Origin: a virus
IMG/VR virus record: IMGVR_UViG_3300037520_001064
Location: 25,589-89,588 of that record
Direction: 5' to 3' (one strand)
Length of the DNA: 64,000 nt
A program made the position numbers and the translations under genes. How positions within the stretch are numbered: the first letter of the stretch is position 1; every line of letters begins with the position of its first letter. The notes beneath the pieces are model-generated. The model saw nothing but the letters and a program-made list of their open reading frames with translations, was not told the origin of the DNA and ran no database searches. Positions 1 to 12,000 of the stretch are shown piece by piece.

Positions 1-3
1 GAA

Positions 4-3000
4 TTGCCTTTATATTATATGGCTCATCCTAGTAAACTTGTTGGAGATTTAAGAGCATGGCTTAATCCTAACTTCACTCCAGAAAACGAAACTTCTGAAC
101 CATTTAGAAAACAAGTGATGGCTAATAGATATAATAAAAGTATATCACCTAAAGAAAGAAGTGCTCGTCATAGACAAATGGGATATAAACTTGTTCCTGA
201 TGCTGCAGTTAATGCTGCTGCAGTTTTATCTGCTACTCCTTATACAACATTTGAAGCAATGCCTATAGGAATAGGACAAGGTGCTGGACCTAGAGCTGCA
301 GGATATATTGGACAAGGAGCTGCAAGACTTAATCAAGCAGGACCTAGAATGTTAGGTTATCAAGATGGAGGAATGATTGGTGGTAATCCAACAGAGATAC
401 AAAATACTTACGGTAGTGGTAATTCTTTATTTGATGATCTTGGATATGAACCATTAATTAATTATGATCAACAGAAAGATTATAGACATGGTGGTTATCT
501 TCATAAAATGCAGGGTGGTGGAACACCAAAAGAAACTGGATGGCAGAGATGGAAGAACTCAATGGCTGGTAAAGGAAGTGGATTCTCTGGATCTATGGCT
601 CCTGGTAGTAAAGGTGCTGAAGCTGCTGCTGCTGGAGGAGGAGGAACTCCATGGGGAGCTATTGGAAGTACAGCTGGAGGATTAGGACAAACTATAATGG
701 GTGGACAAAATGCTGGTGGAAGTATTGGTGGAACTGTTGGTGGATCTATAGGAAGTATATTTGGTCCAGTAGGAGGAGCAATTGGAAGCTTTGTTGGACA
801 GATTGCTGGAAATGCACTTGATCCATATCAACGAGCAATGAAAAATGATATGGCTAGAACTAAAAGAAATGTTCAAAATATAGCAATGAATCAAATGGCT
901 CCAAGTATACAAGCTGGATATGCATCACATATGAAAGATGGTGGATGGGTTAGTAATGATTGGCAACCACAAGTGATTGCTACATTTGGTGAACACAAAG
1001 TGAAAGACTTATTAAGACCTCCTTATGATGCAGACATGTTAAGAGCTGGTGGACATTTAAGAGAATACGCTCCTCCAAGTGCAAGAGCTATGGAAACATA
1101 TGAAGATGGTGGAGAAATTACTTCTTATGGTATGGGTGGACAGCTTAAAACTCATTGGGGTGGAGAAGCTGAAACTATGTCATACAATCCTTACTTACCA
1201 GGATCTGGTGAGACAGTAGTATTTAGAGGACAATCTCATACTGAATCTGATGAAAATGGTCAAACAGGTATTGGTATTACATATGGTGAGAATCCTGTAG
1301 AAGTAGAAAGAGGAGAACCTATGTTTGAAATGCAATCTGGTGGAGAGGTAAATCCAGAAACAGGAGAACCAGAAAACACTGGTGTGGTATTTGGTAACAT
1401 GCAAATAGATAAAAAAATAGCAGGACAAATTGATGATCCAGAACTTATGGAAATAGCAAATAAATATCATGGAAAGAAATTCAAAAATGTAGGAATAGAT
1501 CTTTCTAAACAAGAAGCTAAACAAAACAAAATCATTGACAAGAGTACAAATGAGTTAAATAACTTAGAGGTGAATACAGCTTTTGACAAGTTAAAACTTT
1601 CTGCATTAAGAGCAAACCTTGAAGGTGCTAATCTTAAACTTAAAGGTATAGCTGATACTAAAATTGCATTAGCTAATTATCAGAATGCAATCAATGATAC
1701 TAAAGAAGAAATGTCCGATGCTTTCGGACAAAACCTTAGTGCTGAAGATCTTGCTAAAGGATTAATCAGAATAGATAAAGATCCTGTAACAAAAGATGCT
1801 AAGTGGGGTGGTAACATTGTTAAGAAAGCACAAACTGGTATTACTACACCAAAGAAGACTATTGTTCCTAAAAAGACAAAAGAACAATACGAAGCTGAAG
1901 GATACAAACTAGGTGCTGATGGTAAGTATTACTTAACGAAAAAAAGTGTTGCTAAACCTGCAAAAGAAACAAGAGTGGGTGAGGCAATGAAAGAAGTTCC
2001 TAAAGGACAAAAGAAAAAGGCAGATGGAACATGGGGTAATGTAACACCAGAACAATTTGCAAAATTCAAGGAAGAGAATAAAGATTGGTTTGATTTCACA
2101 AACTTTAATCCTAATAATAAAGGTGATGTAGAATACTTCCAAAGAAGATTTAATGAAGAAGCTGCAAAAACTGGAACACCTACAAGAATAACTGTAGATG
2201 ATGCTCTTGGAGAACAAACTGTAACTGCAAGAATAAAAGCTGATAAAAAGTTAGAACCAGCTGATGAAGAAATATTAGTAGGAGAAGTTGATGTACCAGA
2301 TAAAATCACTCCACAAAAATCTAGATTCCCTTGGGAGATACCTGTTAACATGGCTTTAGATTATTTAAGACCTACAGATCAAGAAGATTTAGATTACAAC
2401 CAATTGATGGGTGAGATGTATGCTTTGTCTACTAATCAATTAGATCCAGTACAAGCTCAGTTATATCGTCCAGAACTTGGTGTTCCTTATGATATATCAT
2501 ATCAAGATATATTAAATGAGAACCAAGCTGATTTCAAATCAACACAAAGAATGCTAGGATATAATCCAGCTGCACAAGCTGCATTAGATGCTCAGAAATA
2601 TCAAGCTAATCAAAAAGTGCTAGGTGAGCAATTTAGAGCTAACCAAGCAATGAAAGCTGGTGTATATGATCAAAATAGAAATACATTGAATCAAGCTAAG
2701 CTTACAAACTTAGGAATATTAGATAAGCAATATGAAAGACAAGCACAAGCTATGTCTAATACTAAAGCTACTACTCAATCTGCTCTTAATTCTATCTCTG
2801 ATAAGTATCAAAGAAATAAACTTGAGAATAGAAAACTTTCTATATACGAGAACATGTACAACTATAGATTTGGTAAGAGTGGTAGAGCTCAGAACTGGAA
2901 TGGTTTACAATTCTTTGATACAGATATAACTGGAGCTAGAGCAAGAAAAGATCAAGAGATTCCTGAAGGATATAAAGCTACAGCTTATGATGCAAATGGT

Positions 3001-3177
3001 AATCCAATAAGATTACAAAAAATTACAGAGAAAGAAGATAAAGATGTAGAAGCAGATATGGAAGCATTAGAAGCAGTAGGTAAAACTCCTGGTATTGGTG
3101 ATGATAGAAAAAATGGAGGACCTGTTAAAAAGAACTACAAAAATAGTTCTGTAGTAAAAGCATATAAAAATTTATAA
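4..3177 (+). CDS. Putative virion internal/cargo protein, possibly 5'-truncated; Gly-rich hydrophobic segment and repeated xxxGG motifs
   Basis: 1057-aa ORF directly upstream of the cargo/RNAP block. Contains a Gly-rich hydrophobic segment (GTVGGSIGSIFGPVGGAIGSFVG), a VEVERGE motif and a Gln/Asn/Ala-rich helical C-terminal part, as expected of ejected proteins. Confidence 0.6.
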   Translation: MPLYYMAHPSKLVGDLRAWLNPNFTPENETSEPFRKQVMANRYNKSISPKERSARHRQMGYKLVPDAAVNAAAVLSATPYTTFEAMPIGIGQGAGPRAAGYIGQGAARLNQAGPRMLGYQDGGMIGGNPTEIQNTYGSGNSLFDDLGYEPLINYDQQKDYRHGGYLHKMQGGGTPKETGWQRWKNSMAGKGSGFSGSMAPGSKGAEAAAAGGGGTPWGAIGSTAGGLGQTIMGGQNAGGSIGGTVGGSIGSIFGPVGGAIGSFVGQIAGNALDPYQRAMKNDMARTKRNVQNIAMNQMAPSIQAGYASHMKDGGWVSNDWQPQVIATFGEHKVKDLLRPPYDADMLRAGGHLREYAPPSARAMETYEDGGEITSYGMGGQLKTHWGGEAETMSYNPYLPGSGETVVFRGQSHTESDENGQTGIGITYGENPVEVERGEPMFEMQSGGEVNPETGEPENTGVVFGNMQIDKKIAGQIDDPELMEIANKYHGKKFKNVGIDLSKQEAKQNKIIDKSTNELNNLEVNTAFDKLKLSALRANLEGANLKLKGIADTKIALANYQNAINDTKEEMSDAFGQNLSAEDLAKGLIRIDKDPVTKDAKWGGNIVKKAQTGITTPKKTIVPKKTKEQYEAEGYKLGADGKYYLTKKSVAKPAKETRVGEAMKEVPKGQKKKADGTWGNVTPEQFAKFKEENKDWFDFTNFNPNNKGDVEYFQRRFNEEAAKTGTPTRITVDDALGEQTVTARIKADKKLEPADEEILVGEVDVPDKITPQKSRFPWEIPVNMALDYLRPTDQEDLDYNQLMGEMYALSTNQLDPVQAQLYRPELGVPYDISYQDILNENQADFKSTQRMLGYNPAAQAALDAQKYQANQKVLGEQFRANQAMKAGVYDQNRNTLNQAKLTNLGILDKQYERQAQAMSNTKATTQSALNSISDKYQRNKLENRKLSIYENMYNYRFGKSGRAQNWNGLQFFDTDITGARARKDQEIPEGYKATAYDANGNPIRLQKITEKEDKDVEADMEALEAVGKTPGIGDDRKNGGPVKKNYKNSSVVKAYKNL

Positions 3178-3192
3178 CTATTTTAATTATAA

Positions 3193-3229
3193 AGAATTAC
3201 CAGAATTGATTATTAATTTTGGTAATTCT
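3193..3229 (+). terminator. Intergenic stem-loop (possible terminator or processing site)
   Basis: AGAATTACCAGAATT-N7-AATTTTGGTAATTCT inverted repeat with one G-T pair, just after the stop at 3177. Confidence 0.5.
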
Positions 3230-3241
3230 AATAATTCATAT

Positions 3242-3249
3242 TACATTTG
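3242..3249 (+). promoter_or_regulatory. Bacteroidota-type -7 promoter element (TAnnTTTG)
   Basis: TACATTTG about 40 nt upstream of the ATG at 3290. Confidence 0.55.
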
Positions 3250-3289
3250 TTAATCCTATGTACACAGTACATAAATAAAAATAAAGACT

Positions 3290-5989
3290 ATGGCCTCATG
3301 GACAGATAGAATTCCTACTTTTAATCCTTACGTAGAGCAGCAACCTGTGGATGCAATGCTTAAAGTAGGTATGTATAAACAACAAAAGTATGAAGAGGGT
3401 GTACAAAAAATACAGACTGCTATTGATAATGTTGCAGGACTTGATATAGTTTCTAACCTAGATAAAAAATACTTACAATCTAAATTAGATGCTCTTGGCA
3501 ATAATTTAAACCTAGTTGCTGGAGCAGACTTTTCTAATTTCCAATTAGTTAATTCTGTTAATGGAATGACTAAAGAAATAGTAAAAGATAAATATATTCA
3601 AAATGCTGTTTCTTCTACAGCTCAGATAAGAAAGAATCAAAGAATTTTAGAAGCTGATGAAAAAGCTGGTAAATCATCTGTTCAGAATAGAGCTAAGTTT
3701 GAAGAAGGTGTAGGTCAATATATCAACAAGATACATTTAAAAGATAATTACAACGGTAAGTATGTTCGTTATATAGATATTGATAAGAAACTAAGAGATG
3801 TTGCTGAGAAAGTACATGAAGTAGATAACACTGTTGAGATACCATATCAACGAGATGGTGCAGGTAATACACTTTATTTTGATTCAAGAGGTAATGTATC
3901 AACAGATCCTAACAGTGGTGGAAAACCTAAAATAGATGATGCCATCTTAAGAATTACAACTAAAGGTAAACCTGCAGAAAAAATTCTAGCTAACTTCTAT
4001 AGTTCCTTGAATGAAAATGATATGGAACAATTACATATAGATTCTTGGTATCATTATAGAGGAAAGACAGCAGATGATTTTAAACGAGATGCTGTTAGTA
4101 ATTATGAGACTTCAAAACAAATGTTGAATGATAGAATAATTCAACAAAACGTAAGGTTAAGTACTAGTCCTAATTTAACAACTGCTGAAAAAAATAAAAT
4201 AGAAGCAGAGATAAATGATGCTAATACATTATTAACAAATGGTTCTCTTGATAAAAAATTAGATGAAGAGTTTGCAAGAATAGATTCTAATAAAGATATT
4301 GAGGAATATAAGTATCAATTGTATACACAAAAAAGTTTAAGCAATCTTGCTAAAGATATGTCATGGCAAAGCTATGAACAGGAGTATAAATCTAATCCAT
4401 ATGCTCAAATGTTAATGGAAAGAAAAAGACTTCAGTTCCAATATGATGATGCTGCTAGACAACAAAGAAATGCTGATCGTGAATTTGGATGGAAACAATA
4501 TACTTGGACCACTGAACAAGCACAAAAAGCACAAGACAAATTAGATGCTACTCAAGGCTCTCTTCCTCCAGTTACAAATCAAGCAATATCTACAGATGTG
4601 GATACACCAGATTTAGGAAAATTAAATGCAGAGATAATAGCTATAGGTGGACAAAGAACAAAAGGTGGAGGAATTATACAAGCTGGTCAAATAGATGTTC
4701 TTACAAATAGTTATTTAGATAAGGTGACTAAATCTTCATTGACCACTCCTCAACAAAAAGCTAGTTACTTAGATTACTTATCAAGAGAGTATGCTAAGAA
4801 TCCAAATCAATTAGTTAAAGCTTTAAACAATCCTAACTTAGCTCAATACTTAGAAAAGAGAAGAGCACTTGAAATTACGTTAGCTCAGAAACAAGCTTTA
4901 GCAAAATCTACAGCACAAGCATCAAGTGTATTTGATGATCAAGCTCGAGAATTAATTGGTAATTATGGAGGAGTAAATTATGCTAATGGTAAGACTATGT
5001 ATTCAGCAAATGAATTATATAGCTTTGCTAAAGATGCAGAAAACTATTATAAAACTACTGGTGGTGGAGCTGCAAGTCCTACTACAGGAGCTTCTGCATC
5101 ACAAACTACATTTGATGCAAAAGGATTATTAAATGCATATAAAGGAAGAAAAGAAGAAGCATTGGCTAAAGCTTTTGTAAAACATTATTATGGTCAAACT
5201 TTAAATTCAACAGAAAAAATATTATTTGATAGAGCAAGACAAATTAAATTTAAATTTGATCCACAGATATATAAAATACATCAAGCTAAACAAAAGTTTG
5301 AAGCTGATTATTTATCAACTCGCATGCCTGAAAGACAAATACAAGTTGGAACACTTAATTACGATGGTAATAAAGCTGATCAATCACGTACTAAAGAATT
5401 AATTGGAAACAAAATAAATGAGTTTACTAAACTTGGACAAGTAGATGTTAATAAATGGGGAGACTTTAGTCCTACCGAATTAAACAGAATTAGAGAAAGT
5501 AAAAACGTTTCATATACAATTGAAAAGAAATATGATGGAACTGCTAACTTAGTTGTAACAGATGGAAAAGATAAACAAATTATTCCTATGACAGCTGGAG
5601 AGTTAACTAGATTTTATCCAAGAATAGCTCAAGGTAATCCTTGGAGTGATATTAAAAATGAAGTGTTAGCTTCACCTCATCGCACAACTAACATATCAGG
5701 TACTGGTGATGATAGTACTCTTGCAGTTAATGCTAGATTAAGTGGATACTCTGCACCTCATTTAGCTAATACATCATTGGCTCCATTAGTTAGATTTGAT
5801 GTTGAAGGAGCTGCTGATAATGATGGAGGTGATAGTGATTCTTTCATCTTAAAAATGTATGTAAATAATAATGGAATTTGGAAAACTGGATATGTAGGAA
5901 GTAGATTTACATCTCTTGCTAGTATACAGGAACAAGTGAAACAAATTGGTCCTGGAACTGTTTCAGATTTTTTAAGAATTAATAAATAA
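3290..5989 (+). CDS. Putative virion cargo/ejection protein
   Basis: 899-aa largely helical ORF immediately before the virion RNAP gene. N-terminus is FNPYVEQQPV; position matches the crAss-like cargo gene arrangement. Confidence 0.6.
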   Translation: MASWTDRIPTFNPYVEQQPVDAMLKVGMYKQQKYEEGVQKIQTAIDNVAGLDIVSNLDKKYLQSKLDALGNNLNLVAGADFSNFQLVNSVNGMTKEIVKDKYIQNAVSSTAQIRKNQRILEADEKAGKSSVQNRAKFEEGVGQYINKIHLKDNYNGKYVRYIDIDKKLRDVAEKVHEVDNTVEIPYQRDGAGNTLYFDSRGNVSTDPNSGGKPKIDDAILRITTKGKPAEKILANFYSSLNENDMEQLHIDSWYHYRGKTADDFKRDAVSNYETSKQMLNDRIIQQNVRLSTSPNLTTAEKNKIEAEINDANTLLTNGSLDKKLDEEFARIDSNKDIEEYKYQLYTQKSLSNLAKDMSWQSYEQEYKSNPYAQMLMERKRLQFQYDDAARQQRNADREFGWKQYTWTTEQAQKAQDKLDATQGSLPPVTNQAISTDVDTPDLGKLNAEIIAIGGQRTKGGGIIQAGQIDVLTNSYLDKVTKSSLTTPQQKASYLDYLSREYAKNPNQLVKALNNPNLAQYLEKRRALEITLAQKQALAKSTAQASSVFDDQARELIGNYGGVNYANGKTMYSANELYSFAKDAENYYKTTGGGAASPTTGASASQTTFDAKGLLNAYKGRKEEALAKAFVKHYYGQTLNSTEKILFDRARQIKFKFDPQIYKIHQAKQKFEADYLSTRMPERQIQVGTLNYDGNKADQSRTKELIGNKINEFTKLGQVDVNKWGDFSPTELNRIRESKNVSYTIEKKYDGTANLVVTDGKDKQIIPMTAGELTRFYPRIAQGNPWSDIKNEVLASPHRTTNISGTGDDSTLAVNARLSGYSAPHLANTSLAPLVRFDVEGAADNDGGDSDSFILKMYVNNNGIWKTGYVGSRFTSLASIQEQVKQIGPGTVSDFLRINK

Positions 5990-6000
5990 AAAATACCAAT

Positions 6001-9000
6001 ATGCCAATCTTTGATAATGAACTTATAGATAATGTATCTGATAGATTAGACAACGAAATTAGATTGCCACAAGCACCGTTAGGATCTCCTGATTTAATGG
6101 AGATAAATACTAACATGGGAGGAAACTGGGGACTTAGTGATAAATCTAATAGAGGATTGAGTATGGATGAACTTGCTAAAGTGCAAGCTCCAGATCAAAT
6201 ATCCTTCGATGCTCCATTTAGTTCTGTTAGTAGAAAGACATTATTAGAGAATCAACGTTATCCTATGTATCAAAGAGATGTAGATCTTGAAAACATATAT
6301 GGGTTACAACAATCATGGTATTCATCATTAGGAAGTGGTGTGGTTAAAGGTTTAGGTAACTTAGCTGGTACATTTGCACAATCATTTACAAATATTCCAA
6401 ACACAATATCTGCTATTAGAAATGGTAATATGTCTGACCTTGCTGGAGATCCTGATGGATATGAAGGAGGTATAGATACTTGGTTAAAAAATATGGAAGA
6501 CTATCTTCCAAACTATTTAACTAGAGAAGAAAAGCTTCATCCTTATAGAGCAATGATTCCTGGATTTGCAGGATCTGCAAACTTCTGGGGTAACTCTGTT
6601 ATTAAGAATCTTGGATTCATGGGTGGTTCTATTGCTGGTGCTGTTGTACAAGATATGGCAGTAGGTGCTGTTACAGAAGGTATTGGTGCATTTCCTTTAA
6701 TAGGTTCACAAATTGGTAGAGCTGCTTTGTGGATGAATAAGATTGCAGGTGGAACTAATAAAATTGATGATGTTTTAAACTTAGCACAAACATTAGGTAA
6801 AAGTGAAAAACAACTTTTAAAGATACAACAACTAGGACAATTAGCTCAATCTCAAAAAGTGTTAAATGGTGCACGTTATGGTATTGTTACTTGGGGAGCT
6901 GCACAAACAGAAGCAGGTGTAGAAGCTAGAGATGGATACAGACAAGTCAAAGATACATTAATACAAACATATAAAGATACTCACTTTGGTGAAGAGCCTA
7001 CAGGTATAGATCTTCAACAGATAGAAAATTATTCTACTGATGCTATGAATACTAGATTTGGTATTAACATGGCATTATTAACTGTATCTAATGCTATACA
7101 GTTTGATAACTTATTTAAATCTGTCACTACAGCACAAAGAGGAGTTACAGGAAGTCTTACAAGAAACATAACTGAGGCTGGTAAGATAGGATTGAAAGAA
7201 GGAAGTCTTGATACATTTGAAAGAAAAGCTGTAACAGGTTTTGGTAATAGAATGTGGGATAAGGTTAAGCCAGTCCTACCTAACATATTTGCTGAAGGTG
7301 TATATGAGGAAGGTGGACAGTTTGCTGCTGAGAGAGGAACATATGATTACTACACTAGAAAATATAAAAATTTAAATAACCCAGTAAACAAAGAAAACTG
7401 GGATACTTTAAAAGAAGTTACTGAGTCTACTACTTACGGATTAGCTGAACAATTTAATACTACAGAAGGTATTACCAGTATGATTATTGGTGGTATTACT
7501 GCTGCATTAGTAGGTGGAGGACAACGTATGTATGATAAAGCAAAAGGTCAAGGTAGCGATAAACGTTTGAACTCTTCTATTAATATGCTTAATAGATATG
7601 GAATGACAGGTATCCTTTCTAACAAATATGATAATACATTAAACTCTATTGGTATAGCTAAGGAGATGGAGGAAGCTGCTGCAAGTGGAAATGTATTTAA
7701 TTATAAAAATCTTAAACATGATATGTTCTACAATTTTGTACAATCACGTATTCCATCAGGAATGCATGATGTTACAATTGAACAATTAAACATGTTAAAA
7801 GATCTTAGTAAAGAAGATTTTGAAAAAACTTTTGGAATGGATTTCAATACATCTACTCAAAAAACTGTAAATAGTTATGTAGATTCGTTGATTAACAAAG
7901 CCAATGAGATTAAGAAAACATCAGATGCTGTTAATAGTACATTCCAAAATCCTTTTAAGAATTACATAGATCCAACTCCAGAACAAGAATTAGAGAATGA
8001 TAAATACGATACATTTGAAAGTTGGAAAACAGATCTTACTTATTTTGCTACAATTAAAGATGATGTAAATCAAAGACTTAATTCTATACAAGATAATGTT
8101 ACAAATATTAATCCTCTTGTAACAAATGATATGTTAGCTAATCTTACTAGCAAAAGTTCATTACAAGAATTATCTAGATCATACGAAGAGCAAGCTAATC
8201 AGTTATTAAATACAATCACTGATTACACTACACCTGCTGATAAGAAAGCTATCAGAGAACAGGTTAAGGCTTTACGTACTCAGTCTGAAAAGATTAATCT
8301 TGCTTTAAATAATGGTGGACCATTAGATTTAAAAACATTTCATTCATTATTAAACTTTGAATTAAACAATCAATACTCTACAAAAGATGATGTTGTAGGT
8401 CTTGAAAATTCTTCACAGTTATATATTTATGGTGTTGACATTAATAAAAATAATGAACACAAAAAAATTGCTTCAGATGCATTTGATAAGCTTTCTTCAG
8501 AAAAAGGATTTGATAAATATTTCAAACAAGCAGAAGAAGTAAATGAAGAAACTGCTGAGTTAAATGATAAAGAAGGTGCTCCTGTTCCTACATTTGTTAA
8601 TGAAGAAAAACAAAAAGAAGAACTAGAAGTTGGTAGAGAGTATGAAGTGAGAGCTACAAAGAAAGCTTCTATAAAAAAGATTGCTGATGGCAGATATCAA
8701 GTAACAGCTCCTGATGGAACTGTGTCTTTTCATAAGACAAGAAAAGAAGCTGTAGAAGAATCTAAAGACTTAACTGACGAGAACACTAACCTATCTAAGG
8801 TGAAAGTGTTAGCATTGAATGATGATGGTACAGTGAAGGTGGAAGATGTTAATGGAGATATATTAAACATTGATCCTAAAAGACTTAGAGGATACAAAAG
8901 ACTTGAAACAGACCAAGAGAAATTACAAAAGAATAAAGAAGACATAGCTAGAGAGCAAACAGAACTTGAACATAATTCAGGAACTGTTGCTTCAGTTAGT

Positions 9001-12000
9001 TCAGAAGGAGTAGAGAATGTTAAAGAATCACGTCTTCCAGATGCTGAAATATTATTTCTTTCTAGTTCATCACCATCAGAAGAGGATAGTCCTACAGTGG
9101 CAGCTGCTCCACATATTACAAACTCAAGAGAGTTTTTAAACAATGTTGCAAGCATGCCTAATAGATCTAAACTAAGATCTATATTGATTACATCTAAACA
9201 AGCAGCTGGATTACAACTTGATGGAATAGTTCAAATGTCTTATGAGAAAGATCTTTCTACTGATGTTAATACTATTGAAGGAGTTAATGATATTAATTCT
9301 GGATGGGTTGCACAAGTGTTTGTGGAACAAGATGTAGATGGTTTATTCTTTGTAGATAAAGATGGAAATAGAATTGGTAAAGTGGGTGAAGCAGGAACTG
9401 ATCTTAATAAGATTATATTCCAAACAATGCGTACAACATCTTTATTTAATAGATCAGGACAACCTAGATATAGAAAAGAACAACAAGCTGAAGCTGAGGC
9501 TTATTCAAAAGCTTGGGGTGAATATAGAAAAACATTATTTGAAGCTGGAGCTACAGAGTTTCCTACATTTGAATTCTCTGTATCAAACGGTATTCCTATT
9601 GAATTAAGAGATGCTAATGGCCTTAAAGAGAAAAACCATGTTGGTGATGTATTAATTGATGAGGCTCTTATTCCTAACCAAGCAAACTTAATTGTTATTC
9701 CTACAACAGGAACTATTGTTAATAGTAAAGGTGAGATACAAAAGACACCTAATGGAGTTCCTGTATTACAATATGGAGACACTATTGCATTCTTAAATAA
9801 TAGAATGTTTAACAATAGAGAAGCAGCTGGTGTATATGAAGTGATTAGAAGACTTGCTGATGCTGCTGTAGAACAAGCTAACACAGGACAGAGAGTAACT
9901 TTGAACAGACAGTTTACAACATTCTTACAGAATGTATTATACTGGAAATCAAAAGATGCTACAACCTCTCCTAATCAAATACGTATTGATATTGAATCAA
10001 TGAGTTTGAAACTTGGTGATAAGAGTTATCCTTTATCAGATATTGCTCAGTATGAAGAACAGATAAAAGATCACTTAACTGAGAAAGCATTCATCAGTGT
10101 TAATAATAAAACATTAAAAGATTTTGCACAAGCTCCATTTGAAGAGTGGTACATTAATCAAGATGGTCAGTTTGTATCTAGTAAATGGACAAACTACCAA
10201 ACATTCTTATTAGCTAATAAATATCCTAGTGGTAAAGCTAGACCTATGGGTGACACTCCTTTGTCTACATCTATTGCTAAGCCTATCCCTGGAAGACCTT
10301 ATTCTTTCAAACAAAGATATTCTACAATAGCAGAACCAGATAATTTCAATGTACAAATAATTACACCTGCACAGAAAGCTAAAGAAGAAGCACCTGCTGG
10401 TGTGGAAGTTCCTACATTAGGAGAATATGTAGTTGATGGTAAAACATCAAATCCATATATCATTGATGCTGGTCCTGTACAATTTACAGCAGTAGAAGAT
10501 GCTGATGGTAATTTCAATGTAGAGGTAGAGAGTAATGAAACAACTAAAAAACTTTTTGAAAATAAACCTACATTTGAAAAGATTAAAGATGCACTAAAAG
10601 CAGCTAATAAGTTTGATGCTTCTATTCCTTTAGAAGAAGAAGAGAAATATATTACAGATTATTTAGCTCTTAGAATTTCAGCAGAGTTAAGTAAGTTGAA
10701 AGCAGAAGCTCCTGCACAAGAAGCTCCAGTAGCTGAAGAAGTTTCTGATATAGATGCTAAGAAAGCTGAGATAGAAAGAACAATAAATAATTTACCTGAT
10801 AATTTATTATTTATAACACACATCACTTCAGAAGGGAACGCTATAAATATTTATAATGATAATTTATTAATGCCTGCTGGAGTAAGTTCTACTACAGGTA
10901 TTGTTAATAAAGAACAATTAAAACAAATATTATTTGATTTAGCTGAAGGTAAAAGTTCTCACAGAGGATATTTAGATTTATTTTTAGGAGCAATTGATAG
11001 AACTACTCTTGAAAATACTAATGGAAAAACCTTACAAGATAAATTAGAAAACTATTTAGATGAAAACTTTATAGAAGATGTTGCAAAAACACAATTGCCA
11101 TCTAGTTTAAATATTGGTTATTTTACAGATGGTGTTTTAAATACTAAGTATGATACAAAAACATCAGAAGATAAGAAAGCTGATATAGAAAAAAGAAGAC
11201 AAGCTGAGCTTGAAGAAAATAAAAAATTAAGTGTACAAGATTTAAAAACAAAAGTAGCTGAAGAGTTTGATACATTAGAGGAAACTAAAAATAAATTAAA
11301 AGAAGAAGTTTCTGATGATACATCTTTATCTGAACAAGATAAAGAATTACTAACAACAGCTATAGATGGAGTATTTAATATACCAGGAAGCAATCCTTAC
11401 ATCATTGATGATTATGAAGGTTATGCAGCTTATGATCCTAAAAAGTTTGAAGATTATATGGCATATAACTTTCCTAATTTAACTAAGGATCAAATTAGAG
11501 ACGTATTATCAAAACGTATTGAACAAATTGCTACACAACACAGTGCATCATTGCTTGCTAGTTTAGAAGGTCCTTCTGGTCTACCAAATAATCTTGCAGA
11601 ACTTAATGCAGATAAGATCAATGCTAAATATGATGCAGAACTAGCAGCTTTAGAAAGTGAAGATAAACCAGATGTTCCTGTTCAGAAAAAACCAGGTGGT
11701 GATTTCAGAAAGGTAGGACTTGATGAGAATGAAAGAATGACAGAGGCTGAACTAGAATTGTTCAAAGAATGGCATGCAGAAAAAGTTCCATTTATTCCTT
11801 TTGAAGTGTTAGAAAATCTTATTGATACATATGATGGAGAAAAAGCTTGGGGTGCATTTGAAAATGGTGTAGCTAAGTTTGTTCGTGGAGGATTAAGAGG
11901 TACAGAGTATCATGAGATAGGCCATGCTATATTTAAAGGTATGTTATCTCCTGAAGAGCAAAGAGCTTTACTAGATGAGTTTAAATCTAAGTCTGGTACA

